Positions 1-7,364 of a stretch of DNA of 15,937 nucleotides are shown piece after piece; positions within the stretch are counted from its first letter, which is position 1, and each line of letters begins with the position of its first letter. The DNA is from a virus. Lineage: Duplodnaviria; Heunggongvirae; Uroviricota; Caudoviricetes. The DNA lies in the IMG/VR virus record IMGVR_UViG_2737471841_000003; one strand, 5' to 3'. Both the position numbers and the translations under genes were made by a program. Below the pieces are notes generated by a model. It had not been told where the DNA came from, did not search any database, and saw nothing but the letters and a program-made list of their open reading frames with translations.

Positions 1-1
1 C

Positions 2-106
2 GGTAGCGAGGGTGATAAGCCTAAACTGGTGCGGAAACAGATCACACTGGGGGCAAGGCCGATTAACGTTGACCTTTCTAAAGAAGTTAAACGTTTTAAT
101 GAATAA
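2..106 (+). CDS. 3' end of an upstream gene (partial, 34 codons, ...KEVKRFNE*); possibly a tail assembly gene given what follows
   Basis: Frame 2 is open from the window edge to TAA at 104-106, 11 nt before the RBS of the next gene. No start is visible, so this rests on the open frame only. Confidence 0.3.
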   Translation, partial: GSEGDKPKLVRKQITLGARPINVDLSKEVKRFNE

Positions 107-117
107 CAGAGGGAAAA

Positions 118-2256
118 ATGAGCAACAAAATCGTAGGTGAGATCACAAACGTCATTGGCTTTCAGACTGACAAACGAAGTTATGATCAAGTCAAAGCTGA
201 CATGCGCAAGCTAACCACTACGTGGAACCAGTGCGCTGACAAGATGAAAACGCCAGCACTGGAAAAGATGAAACAGGTAAACCAACAGTTGAGAAAACAG
301 CGTGATCTCCTGAGAGAGATTAAAGCGGCCCAAAGCGGTGTAACGGGTGTTCCCCGTGTCGGTGGAGGTCCGGCAGGCCTGGCAAGACCAAAAACAGGCA
401 ATACCCGCCAGATTTATAACAGGGTGAGGAAACAACAGGCAGCGGAGGCAAGGAGATTAGCCAACGAGGCAAGACGCCAGGGAATATTACAGGCACAAGC
501 TACCAGAGACTCCGCAAGAATTACCTCCACCTTCCAGCCTTCCACAGTCGATAAATACAGAAAACAAATCAGCGACCTGCAAGCCCAGCGGCCCAACATG
601 CCAGCCGCTGAATTTAATGCCCGTATGGGCAAACTTATGATTGACATGAAGAATCATGAAAAATCATTAATTCACTGGGACAAGGTGTTATCCAAAACAT
701 CAAGCACGCTTAAAAGGTTTAACTCTGGACTGAATACAGCGATTAAAGGCCTGGGATTCGCTGCCACGGCGCTGGGTGGGATGATTTATAAATCTTTCCA
801 GGTATCAGCACAGAATAACCGCGCTTATTACGGCTTACTTGCTCAAAATTCAGATGACAAAGCTCTTACCAAAGACCAGATGAATTTTGTGGATCAGATG
901 TCCGATAAATACGGCCTTTCGCTAATGGACGCACAAATGGATTATATGAAGTTCAGAGGGGCGACTAAGGCAACGATGGACGAATCCACAGCAAGGGGAT
1001 TGTTTGAAGCTACTACCATCAAAGGTACAACTGCAGGTACTAACGCACAAGGGATGAGCTTAGCGTTTAAAGCCCTTGAACAGATGAGTTCTAAAGCCTC
1101 GGTTTCCATGGAAGAATTGCGGCAACAGCTCGGCGATCACATTCCGGGTGCGGTTCAGGATTTCTATAAAGCGTGGAAGGAAACCGAAAACAAATCAGAA
1201 GCGACCTATAAGGATTTCGAGAAAGCGGTCAAGGCAGGCAATGTTCAGTTAGAAAAACTTGCTCCCTCCCTGATTAAAATCTGGTCAGTGGCTGAGGGTA
1301 CTGAGGCATTTGCTCAGGCAATGCAACAGCCAGAGAAGGAACTCCAGAGACTGAAAAACACTATGGATAAGGCCGCGATCAGCTTCATGGGTGTAATTGA
1401 CCCCACAGACGGCGTTATTTCAGTATCTGAATCTCTGAGCTACCTGTTCCGTGATATTAAGGCGGCTTTCGGTGAGGCAGATTTTAAAGCAATGGGTGAA
1501 CTGGTAGGTAAATTCCTGTATGAACTGCAATACAGGTTCTGGAGATTCTACTACGACACCGGGGAACCTTTCATGCAGAAGCTGAACGGTTTGTTGGGTG
1601 AGACTACCGATGAAAAGGTAAACACCATTTTTAAAGTGCTAAGTGAGTTGGTAAAACTCAAAGTTGCCATTATGGGGCTATCTGCAGCGACAAATGCAGC
1701 TAAAGCTATCTATACACTTAAATCTGCAATTGAGGCTTTATCGGGCGCATCTACCACGGCAGCGTCCACCGCAGGTAACAGAGGGAACGGCGTAACCGAT
1801 CTACCTTTACCAAAAGGCAACAACCTCAAAAACAGTGCTCTGGTTGAAAATGTCTTACAGAACTATGATGAGGCACAAGCCAAATGGAGGCGGGAACATC
1901 CCGAGGGTAGCGTAGATGTTACGTCTGTAAGAAGCTGGATACCTAAACCGCTTTTAGACTGGTATGACACAGCCGCAGCCACACCGGGCAAATTACCAGA
2001 ATGGATGGGTGGTATCCCGTGGAGGCCAACACCTACCATCAACACCTCACAGGCGCTGCCTATGCCGCAGATGAGTCCTGCATTCATTCAACAGGCTGGC
2101 GTAAACCCTGCTCTGAATATCCACACAGAGGGTGAATTACGAGGCGATATCAACGTTAAGGTCGATATGATGAATCAGGATGTTTATGTGGACCAAAGGA
2201 TTGATGCTAAAATCGATGATTATGAAACGCGCCAACTAAACCTGTTAGCTAGGTAA
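118..2256 (+). CDS. 712-aa virion-type protein, possibly tail tape measure protein
   Basis: ATG at 118 preceded by GAGGG (108-112). Long uninterrupted ORF with a coiled-coil-like, Q/K/R-rich N-terminal third, a hydrophobic segment (GLGFAATALGGMIY) and a segment (SVSMEELRQQLGDHIPGAVQDF) that resembles tape-measure core regions from memory. Followed directly by an intrinsic terminator. The function is inferred, not searched. Confidence 0.45.
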   Translation: MSNKIVGEITNVIGFQTDKRSYDQVKADMRKLTTTWNQCADKMKTPALEKMKQVNQQLRKQRDLLREIKAAQSGVTGVPRVGGGPAGLARPKTGNTRQIYNRVRKQQAAEARRLANEARRQGILQAQATRDSARITSTFQPSTVDKYRKQISDLQAQRPNMPAAEFNARMGKLMIDMKNHEKSLIHWDKVLSKTSSTLKRFNSGLNTAIKGLGFAATALGGMIYKSFQVSAQNNRAYYGLLAQNSDDKALTKDQMNFVDQMSDKYGLSLMDAQMDYMKFRGATKATMDESTARGLFEATTIKGTTAGTNAQGMSLAFKALEQMSSKASVSMEELRQQLGDHIPGAVQDFYKAWKETENKSEATYKDFEKAVKAGNVQLEKLAPSLIKIWSVAEGTEAFAQAMQQPEKELQRLKNTMDKAAISFMGVIDPTDGVISVSESLSYLFRDIKAAFGEADFKAMGELVGKFLYELQYRFWRFYYDTGEPFMQKLNGLLGETTDEKVNTIFKVLSELVKLKVAIMGLSAATNAAKAIYTLKSAIEALSGASTTAASTAGNRGNGVTDLPLPKGNNLKNSALVENVLQNYDEAQAKWRREHPEGSVDVTSVRSWIPKPLLDWYDTAAATPGKLPEWMGGIPWRPTPTINTSQALPMPQMSPAFIQQAGVNPALNIHTEGELRGDINVKVDMMNQDVYVDQRIDAKIDDYETRQLNLLAR

Positions 2257-2261
2257 AAAAT

Positions 2262-2297
2262 AAGGCCCCTGGGATCGCTCCTCGGGGCCTTTTCTTT
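2262..2297. terminator. Bidirectional rho-independent terminator between convergent transcription units
   Basis: Stem AAGGCCCC (2262-2269) pairs with GGGGCCTT (2284-2291), followed by TTTTCTTT on the + strand. On the - strand the same stem is followed by a T-rich run (complement of the A6 tract at 2255-2260). It sits between the stop at 2256 (+) and the stop at 2314 (-). Confidence 0.6.
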
Positions 2298-2313
2298 ATG
2301 CCTGTATGTTTGC

Positions 2314-2463
2314 TCAGATGAACTGAGAAAGCTCGCGTACAAGCTGGATTTCCTGCCTTTCTTTCTGTTTTTCCTCTAACCACTTCCTACCCTCAGGTGT
2401 GCTGAGAAACTTGCGTACATGAATACGCTTGTTGTTTCTCTTTATGGCTTTCTGGTTTTTCAT
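2314..2463 (-). CDS. 49-aa highly basic small protein (MKNQKAIKRNNKRIHVRKFLSTPEGRKWLEEKQKERQEIQLVRELSQFI)
   Basis: Internal ATG at 2463-2461 of the track ORF 2314..2568 has a strong SD (AGGAGGT, complement of 2467-2473) at 3-nt spacing. The longer N-terminal extension in the track would overlap the promoter at 2540-2568. About 14 of 49 residues are K/R. Confidence 0.45.
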   Translation of the reverse strand: MKNQKAIKRNNKRIHVRKFLSTPEGRKWLEEKQKERQEIQLVRELSQFI

Positions 2464-2539
2464 GGTGTACCTCCTATTGCACTGGCTACGCCAGGTAGCC
2501 ACAGCTACCCCGCAGGGTGTTACCGCCGTTAACGTCCAT

Positions 2540-2568
2540 ATTATAGCCAATATCTGGCGTTTAGACAA
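2540..2568 (-). promoter_or_regulatory. sigma70-like promoter for the 49-aa gene (-35 TTGTCT, 17-bp spacer, -10 TATAAT)
   Basis: Reverse complement of 2540-2568 reads TTGTCT-N17-TATAAT. The implied start site is about 70 nt upstream of the ATG at 2463. Confidence 0.35.
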
Positions 2569-2900
2569 TAGCAGTCTTTTTGATGCCGTGATGGTGGTAT
2601 ATAAGCCTGTGGCATCAATTAATAGGTTTTTCTGATTGTCTTGCAGATCAGCTTTATCAGGTATCTGTTTATGTTCCGGTACGATGAGACCGTGCGGGCA
2701 TCTCTTAGTTTTGGCTTATAACTTATGTGCCTGGTAAGAGAGCAGAACCACCATCAATCGCCTGTTTATCGCCTTGGTTAGGGCAGGGCCGCATCAAGCC
2801 CAGTGATCTGTAAGGTACTCCACACCATATACGCTTCTTTTCTCGTAGAGGTCGCGTTAACCTCTGGGGTGTGTTTCCATTCGACAGGATAGCATGATCA

Positions 2901-3728
2901 TTATGGGTATACTACTCCTGCACTTTCCATTGCACTATCTACATAGGCTTTAGTTCTGGGAGACATGGGGGCATTACCCTTAGCTGCGTCACCCACATTC
3001 GACTCTTTAGACTTATCGTTCACAATGCCCTTATTCTTGGGTGGAGATTTCTTCGGATCAGAGAAAATTGTGGCTTCCACCATTTTAGTTTTGAAGGTCC
3101 TGAACTCCTGGAGAGTGATATCAAAGAGAATGGCCTCACCTTCGGTGTTCTTTTTGCTGGCACGCATCGAGGTAATGATAAAATTCTCATAGACATCTTC
3201 TTCTGTGACCAACGAGATTAATTGGCGTCTATCTATACATTCATTAACCGCCGCCAATGCCGCCGCCATCCTTCCACTTTCGCGGGGGGCTTCTGGATCT
3301 GTGTTACGGTCAATGTAGTTTGCCTTCCGGTACATCTGGGGAGAGGTAGTCACCCTGGCGGTGAAAGATATTTTGGTATCTTTGATCACGGCATGATCTG
3401 AAATAGTCACACCATCTTCTACAGCAAAATCTGTTTTCTCTATATCTCTGGTGACTTCATAATCGGTAATGCAGTCGAAGATAAGGCAAATGTTATCGGT
3501 GTAGTTAAATTCCTGTAAGCGATAATCCTGACCATGACCATTCAGGCCGGAAATTATCATGGTGAATTGTGCATCAGCCTGAGCTTTTTCTGCATTTAAG
3601 AATTTACCTTCATGCTCAACGCCCAATTCATCCTGGCTATAAATCCTTTCCCCAGTCTTCCAGTCCCTGCGACCTTCTGAACCATAGGAAACATCTTCGT
3701 TAATAACTACTTTATTGCTATTCATCAT
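2901..3728 (-). CDS. 275-aa acidic hypothetical protein; no domain recognised (could be a minor virion protein or an accessory gene)
   Basis: ATGATG start at 3728-3723 preceded by AAGGGGA. It begins 15 nt after the stop of the 53-aa HTH ORF, so the two are probably co-transcribed. TAA stop at 2903-2901. I see no Walker, HNH or PD-(D/E)xK motif. Confidence 0.7.
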   Translation of the reverse strand: MMNSNKVVINEDVSYGSEGRRDWKTGERIYSQDELGVEHEGKFLNAEKAQADAQFTMIISGLNGHGQDYRLQEFNYTDNICLIFDCITDYEVTRDIEKTDFAVEDGVTISDHAVIKDTKISFTARVTTSPQMYRKANYIDRNTDPEAPRESGRMAAALAAVNECIDRRQLISLVTEEDVYENFIITSMRASKKNTEGEAILFDITLQEFRTFKTKMVEATIFSDPKKSPPKNKGIVNDKSKESNVGDAAKGNAPMSPRTKAYVDSAMESAGVVYP

Positions 3729-3743
3729 TTTCCCCTTGCCTTG

Positions 3744-3905
3744 TCAGATAATGCCATAGTGTTTCAATGTTTCAATCAACCCATTACGTTTCAGGAAAGT
3801 TCGCACAGCCTCACGCGTAACTCCGGCTTTTCTGGCTATTTCCGAAAGGTTGATAAAATCAGTGTCTGTGTTTTCAATAACAACACGTTTGTTAATCAAT
3901 TTCAT
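3744..3905 (-). CDS. 53-aa helix-turn-helix DNA-binding protein (MKLINKRVVIENTDTDFINLSEIARKAGVTREAVRTFLKRNGLIETLKHYGII); absent from the ORF track (below its length cutoff)
   Basis: Translated codon by codon from the reverse strand: ATG at 3905-3903, SD AAGGAG (complement of 3914-3919) at 8-nt spacing, TGA at 3746-3744. The segment LSEIARKAGVTREAVRTFL is a typical HTH (excisionase/MerR-like or Nu1-like). Confidence 0.5.
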   Translation of the reverse strand: MKLINKRVVIENTDTDFINLSEIARKAGVTREAVRTFLKRNGLIETLKHYGII

Positions 3906-3940
3906 AAAATAAGCTCCTTGAAGAATACAGGTAAAAGGAT

Positions 3941-3978
3941 AATAAAAAAGGGAGGGAGGTTGTTAGCCTCTCCTCCCT
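3941..3978 (-). terminator. Intrinsic terminator or stabilising hairpin just downstream of the major capsid gene
   Basis: On the - strand: GGGAGGAGAGG, loop CTAACAA, CCTCCCTCCC, then CTTTTTTATT. It begins about 20 nt after the capsid stop at 3996. Phages commonly place a strong hairpin after the capsid gene. Confidence 0.5.
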
Positions 3979-3995
3979 TGTATTTAGCTATCAGA

Positions 3996-5024
3996 TTATG
4001 CCGCTTCGGTTAATTTCAGTTTAAAAATGAAATCTGGCCTACTATTGAGGTACGCGGTATGGGATTCACAGAAGATTTTACGCTGGGTGTTAGTCTGTTC
4101 TAACCAGTAAATTTCCCGTGCAGGTGCACCGCTCATTGCATAGCGTAAATTACGGGTTGCAGGTCCCACAATTTCACTCATGCAAGGCAGGAAAGTATTC
4201 TTGCGAACTGCCGGAACAGCGTAAGCATGACCTTCTTTCATGAATGAATCGTCACAGCTGATAATAGTGATAGCAATGCCATCTACCTGGAATACAGAAT
4301 AACCCGGCAGATGTTCACCATCAAATACCATGCTGGATTTAACAGTACCATTACCGAACATAATAGCGCGGCGAATGTCTTTATCATCGTAACGCAGGCG
4401 ATCATAAGTTGAGCTATCTACGAAGAGATAAACCCCACCAAATGAGTGAACTAAACCGCCCATTTGTTTTTTGACCAGTTTTACAATTCGTTCAAGCTCA
4501 CGGATGAGATCGCCACCCAGGTTTAACTCATCTTCGGACTGTTTAAACTTGCCACCCAGTTCCTCGACAATATCGATATCCCCACCTTTGAAATGAATCA
4601 CGTTATCAAAGAGAGCGCGCTGCATAGCTTTTTCTCTTGCAATTTCAAGGCGTTGTTTCATGCTCAACAGGTGTTCACCCGTCACATCGTCCAAGGTTTT
4701 CTCACGATTGGTGCCTGGTTTGCGGTGACCCTGGAAAGCGCTGGCGCTGATCTGAGATTCCAGTGCATAAGCAGGAACACGCAGCATTAAAGTTTGTGCT
4801 GTACCTGTTACGATGCTGCCATAATCACCCAGATCATAATCGCTTACAACTGGGGCAGCTGATTGGGTTGCTGCAATAACGTTATCGAACACGAAGGAGG
4901 TTGTACTGGTGTAAATTTTTTCATTAAACAAGCCCAGAGAAGTGATCAGCTGGTTTTCTAATGTTGGTTCTAGCATCACACATTCTGTGACATCTTTATA
5001 ATCGAATAATTGAAAGTCTGCCAT
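3996..5024 (-). CDS. Major capsid protein, lambda gpE family (342 aa)
   Basis: Size matches lambda E (341 aa). Recalled local similarity to lambda gpE: KNTFLP vs KNFLP, SGAPAREIYW vs GDPAREFTM, and a similar central hydrophobic block. ATG at 5024. It sits directly downstream of a small decoration-like gene, as in lambda D-E. Confidence 0.7.
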   Translation of the reverse strand: MADFQLFDYKDVTECVMLEPTLENQLITSLGLFNEKIYTSTTSFVFDNVIAATQSAAPVVSDYDLGDYGSIVTGTAQTLMLRVPAYALESQISASAFQGHRKPGTNREKTLDDVTGEHLLSMKQRLEIAREKAMQRALFDNVIHFKGGDIDIVEELGGKFKQSEDELNLGGDLIRELERIVKLVKKQMGGLVHSFGGVYLFVDSSTYDRLRYDDKDIRRAIMFGNGTVKSSMVFDGEHLPGYSVFQVDGIAITIISCDDSFMKEGHAYAVPAVRKNTFLPCMSEIVGPATRNLRYAMSGAPAREIYWLEQTNTQRKIFCESHTAYLNSRPDFIFKLKLTEAA

Positions 5025-5036
5025 TCCATCCCCCTA

Positions 5037-5360
5037 TTAAAGTGCTAATTTGACATGTTCGTTTAACAGGTGGGGAATAGCTTCCGGAGGATTAATTCCG
5101 AAAGAATTTAATACCACACCGATCCCGTGAACAATAACTAATTTGTCGCCTTTTTTAGCTGGTTCCAATACCACAAATAAAGCAGGCATCTCTTCTTCGT
5201 CAGCGTCGAATTTTGCCCCTTCTGCGGTAATAACATCGCCAGGGAATAAATCCTCAGTTAATGCCGTTTTCAGTTCCAGAGCTTTTTGTTCAAACTCGGG
5301 GTCCATGGAATAGGCGACCACATCTGCACGTGTTTTACGCGGCTTATCAGAAAATAACAT
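5037..5360 (-). CDS. Putative head decoration protein (107 aa), lambda gpD-like by position and size
   Basis: ATG at 5360 with GAGGT SD. Its stop is 12 nt upstream of the capsid gene start. 107 aa vs 110 aa for lambda D. Sequence similarity to gpD was not confidently recognised; the call is positional. Confidence 0.45.
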   Translation of the reverse strand: MLFSDKPRKTRADVVAYSMDPEFEQKALELKTALTEDLFPGDVITAEGAKFDADEEEMPALFVVLEPAKKGDKLVIVHGIGVVLNSFGINPPEAIPHLLNEHVKLAL

Positions 5361-5429
5361 CGTGTTACCTCATCTCTATCGCATTTATCAGATTTAATGT
5401 ATTAGAATCTCACCTCTGATACATTAATA

Positions 5430-5460
5430 AAGGCCACCCCTTCAGGTTGGGTAGCCTTGA
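5430..5460 (-). terminator. Terminator-like hairpin upstream of the head genes (- strand)
   Basis: On the - strand: GGCTACCC, loop AACCTGAA, GGGTGGCC (8-bp stem with one G.U), then TTTATTAATG. It lies about 70 nt upstream of the start at 5360. Confidence 0.3.
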
Positions 5461-5913
5461 TAATGGACCAGGTGCATAATCCAGAGCACGAAGATTATTC
5501 TCTGGTCATTCGTCTGTCGAGGTGATTTAAATGTGAAGTGAATCAGGCATTACTGCCTCAATCCATATAATAAAACCTCCCCCTAGCCCAGAGAGAGGCC
5601 TTATTATTTACTAGGATATATGAATGACTGATTTCAGTCTGGCAGATTCGCTAATAGCTCACCGCCTGGCACTTATTATCGCCTTCATTAGATCACCACA
5701 AATAATGTCGGCTATGGGAGAATGTAACCCGCTCCCAGTTGTTCACAGTACAACCAGACTTTTTACTGGAGAAAGTAATATCCACTCGTATAAATATTAC
5801 CTTCTTTAAAGGCCCTCGCTACGGTGGAAAGAAGAGGTAGCACAGAACAACCAGCAAAGACCTTTAAAGAAGTACGCCCAGCATCAAGGGGAAAATGATG
5901 AAAAAGCTCTGAG

Positions 5914-5942
5914 CTTCCGGGCGTTGACAAGTACAGGAGAAC
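5914..5942 (+). promoter_or_regulatory. Near-consensus sigma70 promoter (TTGACA, 17-bp spacer, TATTAT; TG immediately upstream of the -10)
   Basis: TTGACA at 5914-5919, TATTAT at 5937-5942, TG at 5935-5936. Confidence 0.45.
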
Positions 5943-6018
5943 ACTGTATTATCCAATAATCGGTGAGATGTAGGTGAGATAACTCGAAAGGTGTAACCAT
6001 GAAAGTATCTACATCATA

Positions 6019-6038
6019 GTATTATGATAACATAATAC
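6019..6038. promoter_or_regulatory. Inverted repeat (GTATTATG ATAA CATAATAC), candidate operator or RNA hairpin in the leader
   Basis: 8-bp arms separated by 4 bp, downstream of the 5914 promoter and followed 16 nt later by a T7 run (6055-6061). Confidence 0.3.
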
Positions 6039-6095
6039 TTGCCGTTTGTCAATCCTTTTTTCAAAGAAATTTAAAAAATTTTTCTCTCCGCCTCT

Positions 6096-6142
6096 TTTCT
6101 CGATCAAACAATTGAAAAAACTATTGACTGAGGCGTTAGAAT
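6096..6142 (+). promoter_or_regulatory. Promoter for the homing-endonuclease-like gene: 13-bp upstream box TTTCTCGATCAAA, then -35 TTGAAA and -10 TAGAAT (19-bp spacer)
   Basis: The box at 6096-6108 is identical to 14751-14763, which sits in the same position relative to the consensus promoter at 14768. -35 at 6112-6117, -10 at 6137-6142. The spacer is longer than optimal. Confidence 0.35.
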
Positions 6143-6182
6143 GTGATACGGTTCACCACAAATGGTAAGTGGAGGGTGCGAT

Positions 6183-7013
6183 ATGAAAGAGAGAAAACAG
6201 GCTTTAGCTAAAACAACAGAGCAGTTCATCGCTGAGGCAAGGAAAGTGCATGGTGATAAGTACGATTATTCGAAAGTTGAATACGTGAATATGCGCACTG
6301 AGGTTTGTATCATTTGCCCAATACATGGGGAGTTCACACAAAGACCAGAGAACCATCTTCGCGGTAACAGAGGAAAGGGGTGTGGTTGCCCTATTTGTAA
6401 ACCTTGGAGAAAACGCCTGACACGAGAAGAGTTCGAAAGGAGGGTAAAAGAGGTACACGGTGATAACCTGGATGTTTCACAGTTCGATTATAAAAACGTT
6501 CACACAGAGGGTATTGTTAAGTGCAACAGGTGCGGCATGACGTTCTCGATACAGGCACAAGCGATTATCCTTAGAAATTCTGATGGTAGTCTTCTAGGCG
6601 GTTGCCCTGTGTGTGACCATCTACACAGAGACGCGGAATATGTTTATTTGGCGCTGGATGATCCACACTTTCCGACGAGATTTAAGATCGGGGTAACAAG
6701 CAACCCACAGGACAGATTGATAACTTTGAAGTGTAGAACACCTTTCAGGGTGTTTATGAAATGTTGTTTCAAAGTAGGAAAAGTGAAGGCGCGGAGGCTG
6801 GAGTACTTCCTGCACAACTTCTACAACTTCTGCAATTGTGGTTATGAATCAAGAAAGGACTTTCAGGGTGCAACAGAGTGGTTTTATTACCTGCAAAGTA
6901 AAGTAGGGGTGAAGAGGGTGCTCAAGATGTTAGTAAAACTGGTAAACGCCAGGAGCTACAACCGCCACTACATAAAGCATAAAAAGCCAACGTTTAAACG
7001 CACTTTGTTTTAA
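6183..7013 (+). CDS. Homing-endonuclease-like protein: two N-terminal Zn-ribbon repeats plus a C-terminal T5orf172 (GIY-YIG-like) domain
   Basis: Start moved to ATG 6183 (GGAGGG SD at 6171-6176); the track start at 6162 lacks an SD. Two tandem repeats of HGDKYDYSKVEY...C.ICP.HGEF.Q.P..HL.G.GC..C, then YVYLALDDPHFPTRFKIGVTSNPQDRL...EYFLH...ATEWFYY, which matches the T5orf172 pattern as I remember it. Confidence 0.65.
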   Translation: MKERKQALAKTTEQFIAEARKVHGDKYDYSKVEYVNMRTEVCIICPIHGEFTQRPENHLRGNRGKGCGCPICKPWRKRLTREEFERRVKEVHGDNLDVSQFDYKNVHTEGIVKCNRCGMTFSIQAQAIILRNSDGSLLGGCPVCDHLHRDAEYVYLALDDPHFPTRFKIGVTSNPQDRLITLKCRTPFRVFMKCCFKVGKVKARRLEYFLHNFYNFCNCGYESRKDFQGATEWFYYLQSKVGVKRVLKMLVKLVNARSYNRHYIKHKKPTFKRTLF

Positions 7014-7064
7014 TGGTGGGCCAGGGATGGTTATTGACTCTCAATCATTATTTTAAAAAAGATG

Positions 7065-7093
7065 TTGACTACCACACGGTAAAAGTGTATAAA
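7065..7093 (+). promoter_or_regulatory. Near-consensus sigma70 promoter (TTGACT, 17-bp spacer, TATAAA)
   Basis: TTGACT at 7065-7070, TATAAA at 7088-7093, about 40 nt upstream of the 7131 ORF. Confidence 0.5.
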
Positions 7094-7130
7094 GGGCCTA
7101 AAGAAAGAGAAGTGGCAAAGGAGGTAAAAA

Positions 7131-7250
7131 ATGTTCAGGCTGATGGTGAATGTCCTGGCGATAATCTTCGGGTTAGTGCTCTTTCTGATGGCCTGGAGCG
7201 TTATCTTTGAAGTAGTGGATATAGTGATGGCGATGTTAATGATTAAATAA
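7131..7250 (+). CDS. 39-aa hydrophobic single-TM peptide (MFRLMVNVLAIIFGLVLFLMAWSVIFEVVDIVMAMLMIK); not in the ORF track
   Basis: ATG at 7131 preceded by AGGAGG (7119-7124) at 6-nt spacing and by the 7065 promoter. TAA at 7248-7250. The overlapping track ORF 7013..7210 in another frame has no SD and covers the promoter. Confidence 0.4.
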   Translation: MFRLMVNVLAIIFGLVLFLMAWSVIFEVVDIVMAMLMIK

Positions 7251-7266
7251 CGCAGGAGGCAAGATC

Positions 7267-7329
7267 ATGAAACATTGGGAAGTGATTGCACTGTTCATCA
7301 TAATGTTTGTGATGTGCATCGAGTTTTAA
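7267..7329 (+). CDS. 20-aa hydrophobic peptide (MKHWEVIALFIIMFVMCIEF); not in the ORF track
   Basis: ATG at 7267 preceded by AGGAGG (7254-7259) at 7-nt spacing. TAA at 7327-7329. It is very short, so this is tentative. Confidence 0.3.
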   Translation: MKHWEVIALFIIMFVMCIEF

Positions 7330-7364
7330 CATTAGTCGATCAATATATTGAAGAGGTGACTACT

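Noticed and set aside
1-165. Programmed-frameshift tail chaperone arrangement upstream of the 712-aa gene
   Set aside because: A second frame is open across 3-165, but only 117 nt of upstream sequence are visible and no slippery heptamer could be placed. That is too little to support the call.
186-647. Track ORFs 186..401(-), 211..435(-) and 414..647(-)
   Set aside because: They lie entirely inside the long 712-aa + strand ORF on the antisense strand and have no SD. They are most likely antisense-frame artefacts.
1863-2087. Track ORF 1863..2087(-)
   Set aside because: Antisense within the 712-aa gene, with no RBS.
2314-2568. Full-length 84-aa version of the - strand ORF
   Set aside because: The N-terminal 35 codons would cover the TTGTCT-17-TATAAT promoter and there is no SD at the upstream ATG. 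The internal ATG at 2463 has a strong AGGAGGT SD.
2429-2635. Track ORF 2429..2635(+)
   Set aside because: It overlaps the - strand 49-aa gene and its promoter, has no SD, and is positioned straddling a terminator-bounded unit on the opposite strand.
2965-3192. Track ORF 2965..3192(+)
   Set aside because: Antisense inside the 275-aa gene.
3741-4013. Track ORF 3741..4013(+)
   Set aside because: It is antisense to the well-supported 53-aa HTH ORF and spans the capsid-gene terminator. It has no SD.
4593-4790. Track ORF 4593..4790(+)
   Set aside because: Antisense inside the major capsid gene.
5624-5809. Track ORF 5624..5809(+) in the 800-bp control region
   Set aside because: Only a weak AGGA SD, no recognisable promoter, and an unremarkable sequence; it is kept as non-coding. 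Ribosome profiling could reverse this.
6162-6182. Upstream start (ATG 6162) for the homing-endonuclease-like gene
   Set aside because: There is no SD upstream of 6162, whereas GGAGGG lies 6 nt before ATG 6183.
6204-6815. Track ORFs 6204..6458(-) and 6621..6815(-)
   Set aside because: Antisense inside the homing-endonuclease-like gene.
7013-7210. Track ORF 7013..7210(+)
   Set aside because: It has no SD, covers the TTGACT-17-TATAAA promoter, and overlaps the SD-supported 39-aa peptide ORF in another frame.
7275-7364. N-terminal extension of the secreted-protein ORF (track start 7275)
   Set aside because: No SD at 7275. The ATG at 7365 has GAGGTG and yields a canonical signal peptide at the very N-terminus.
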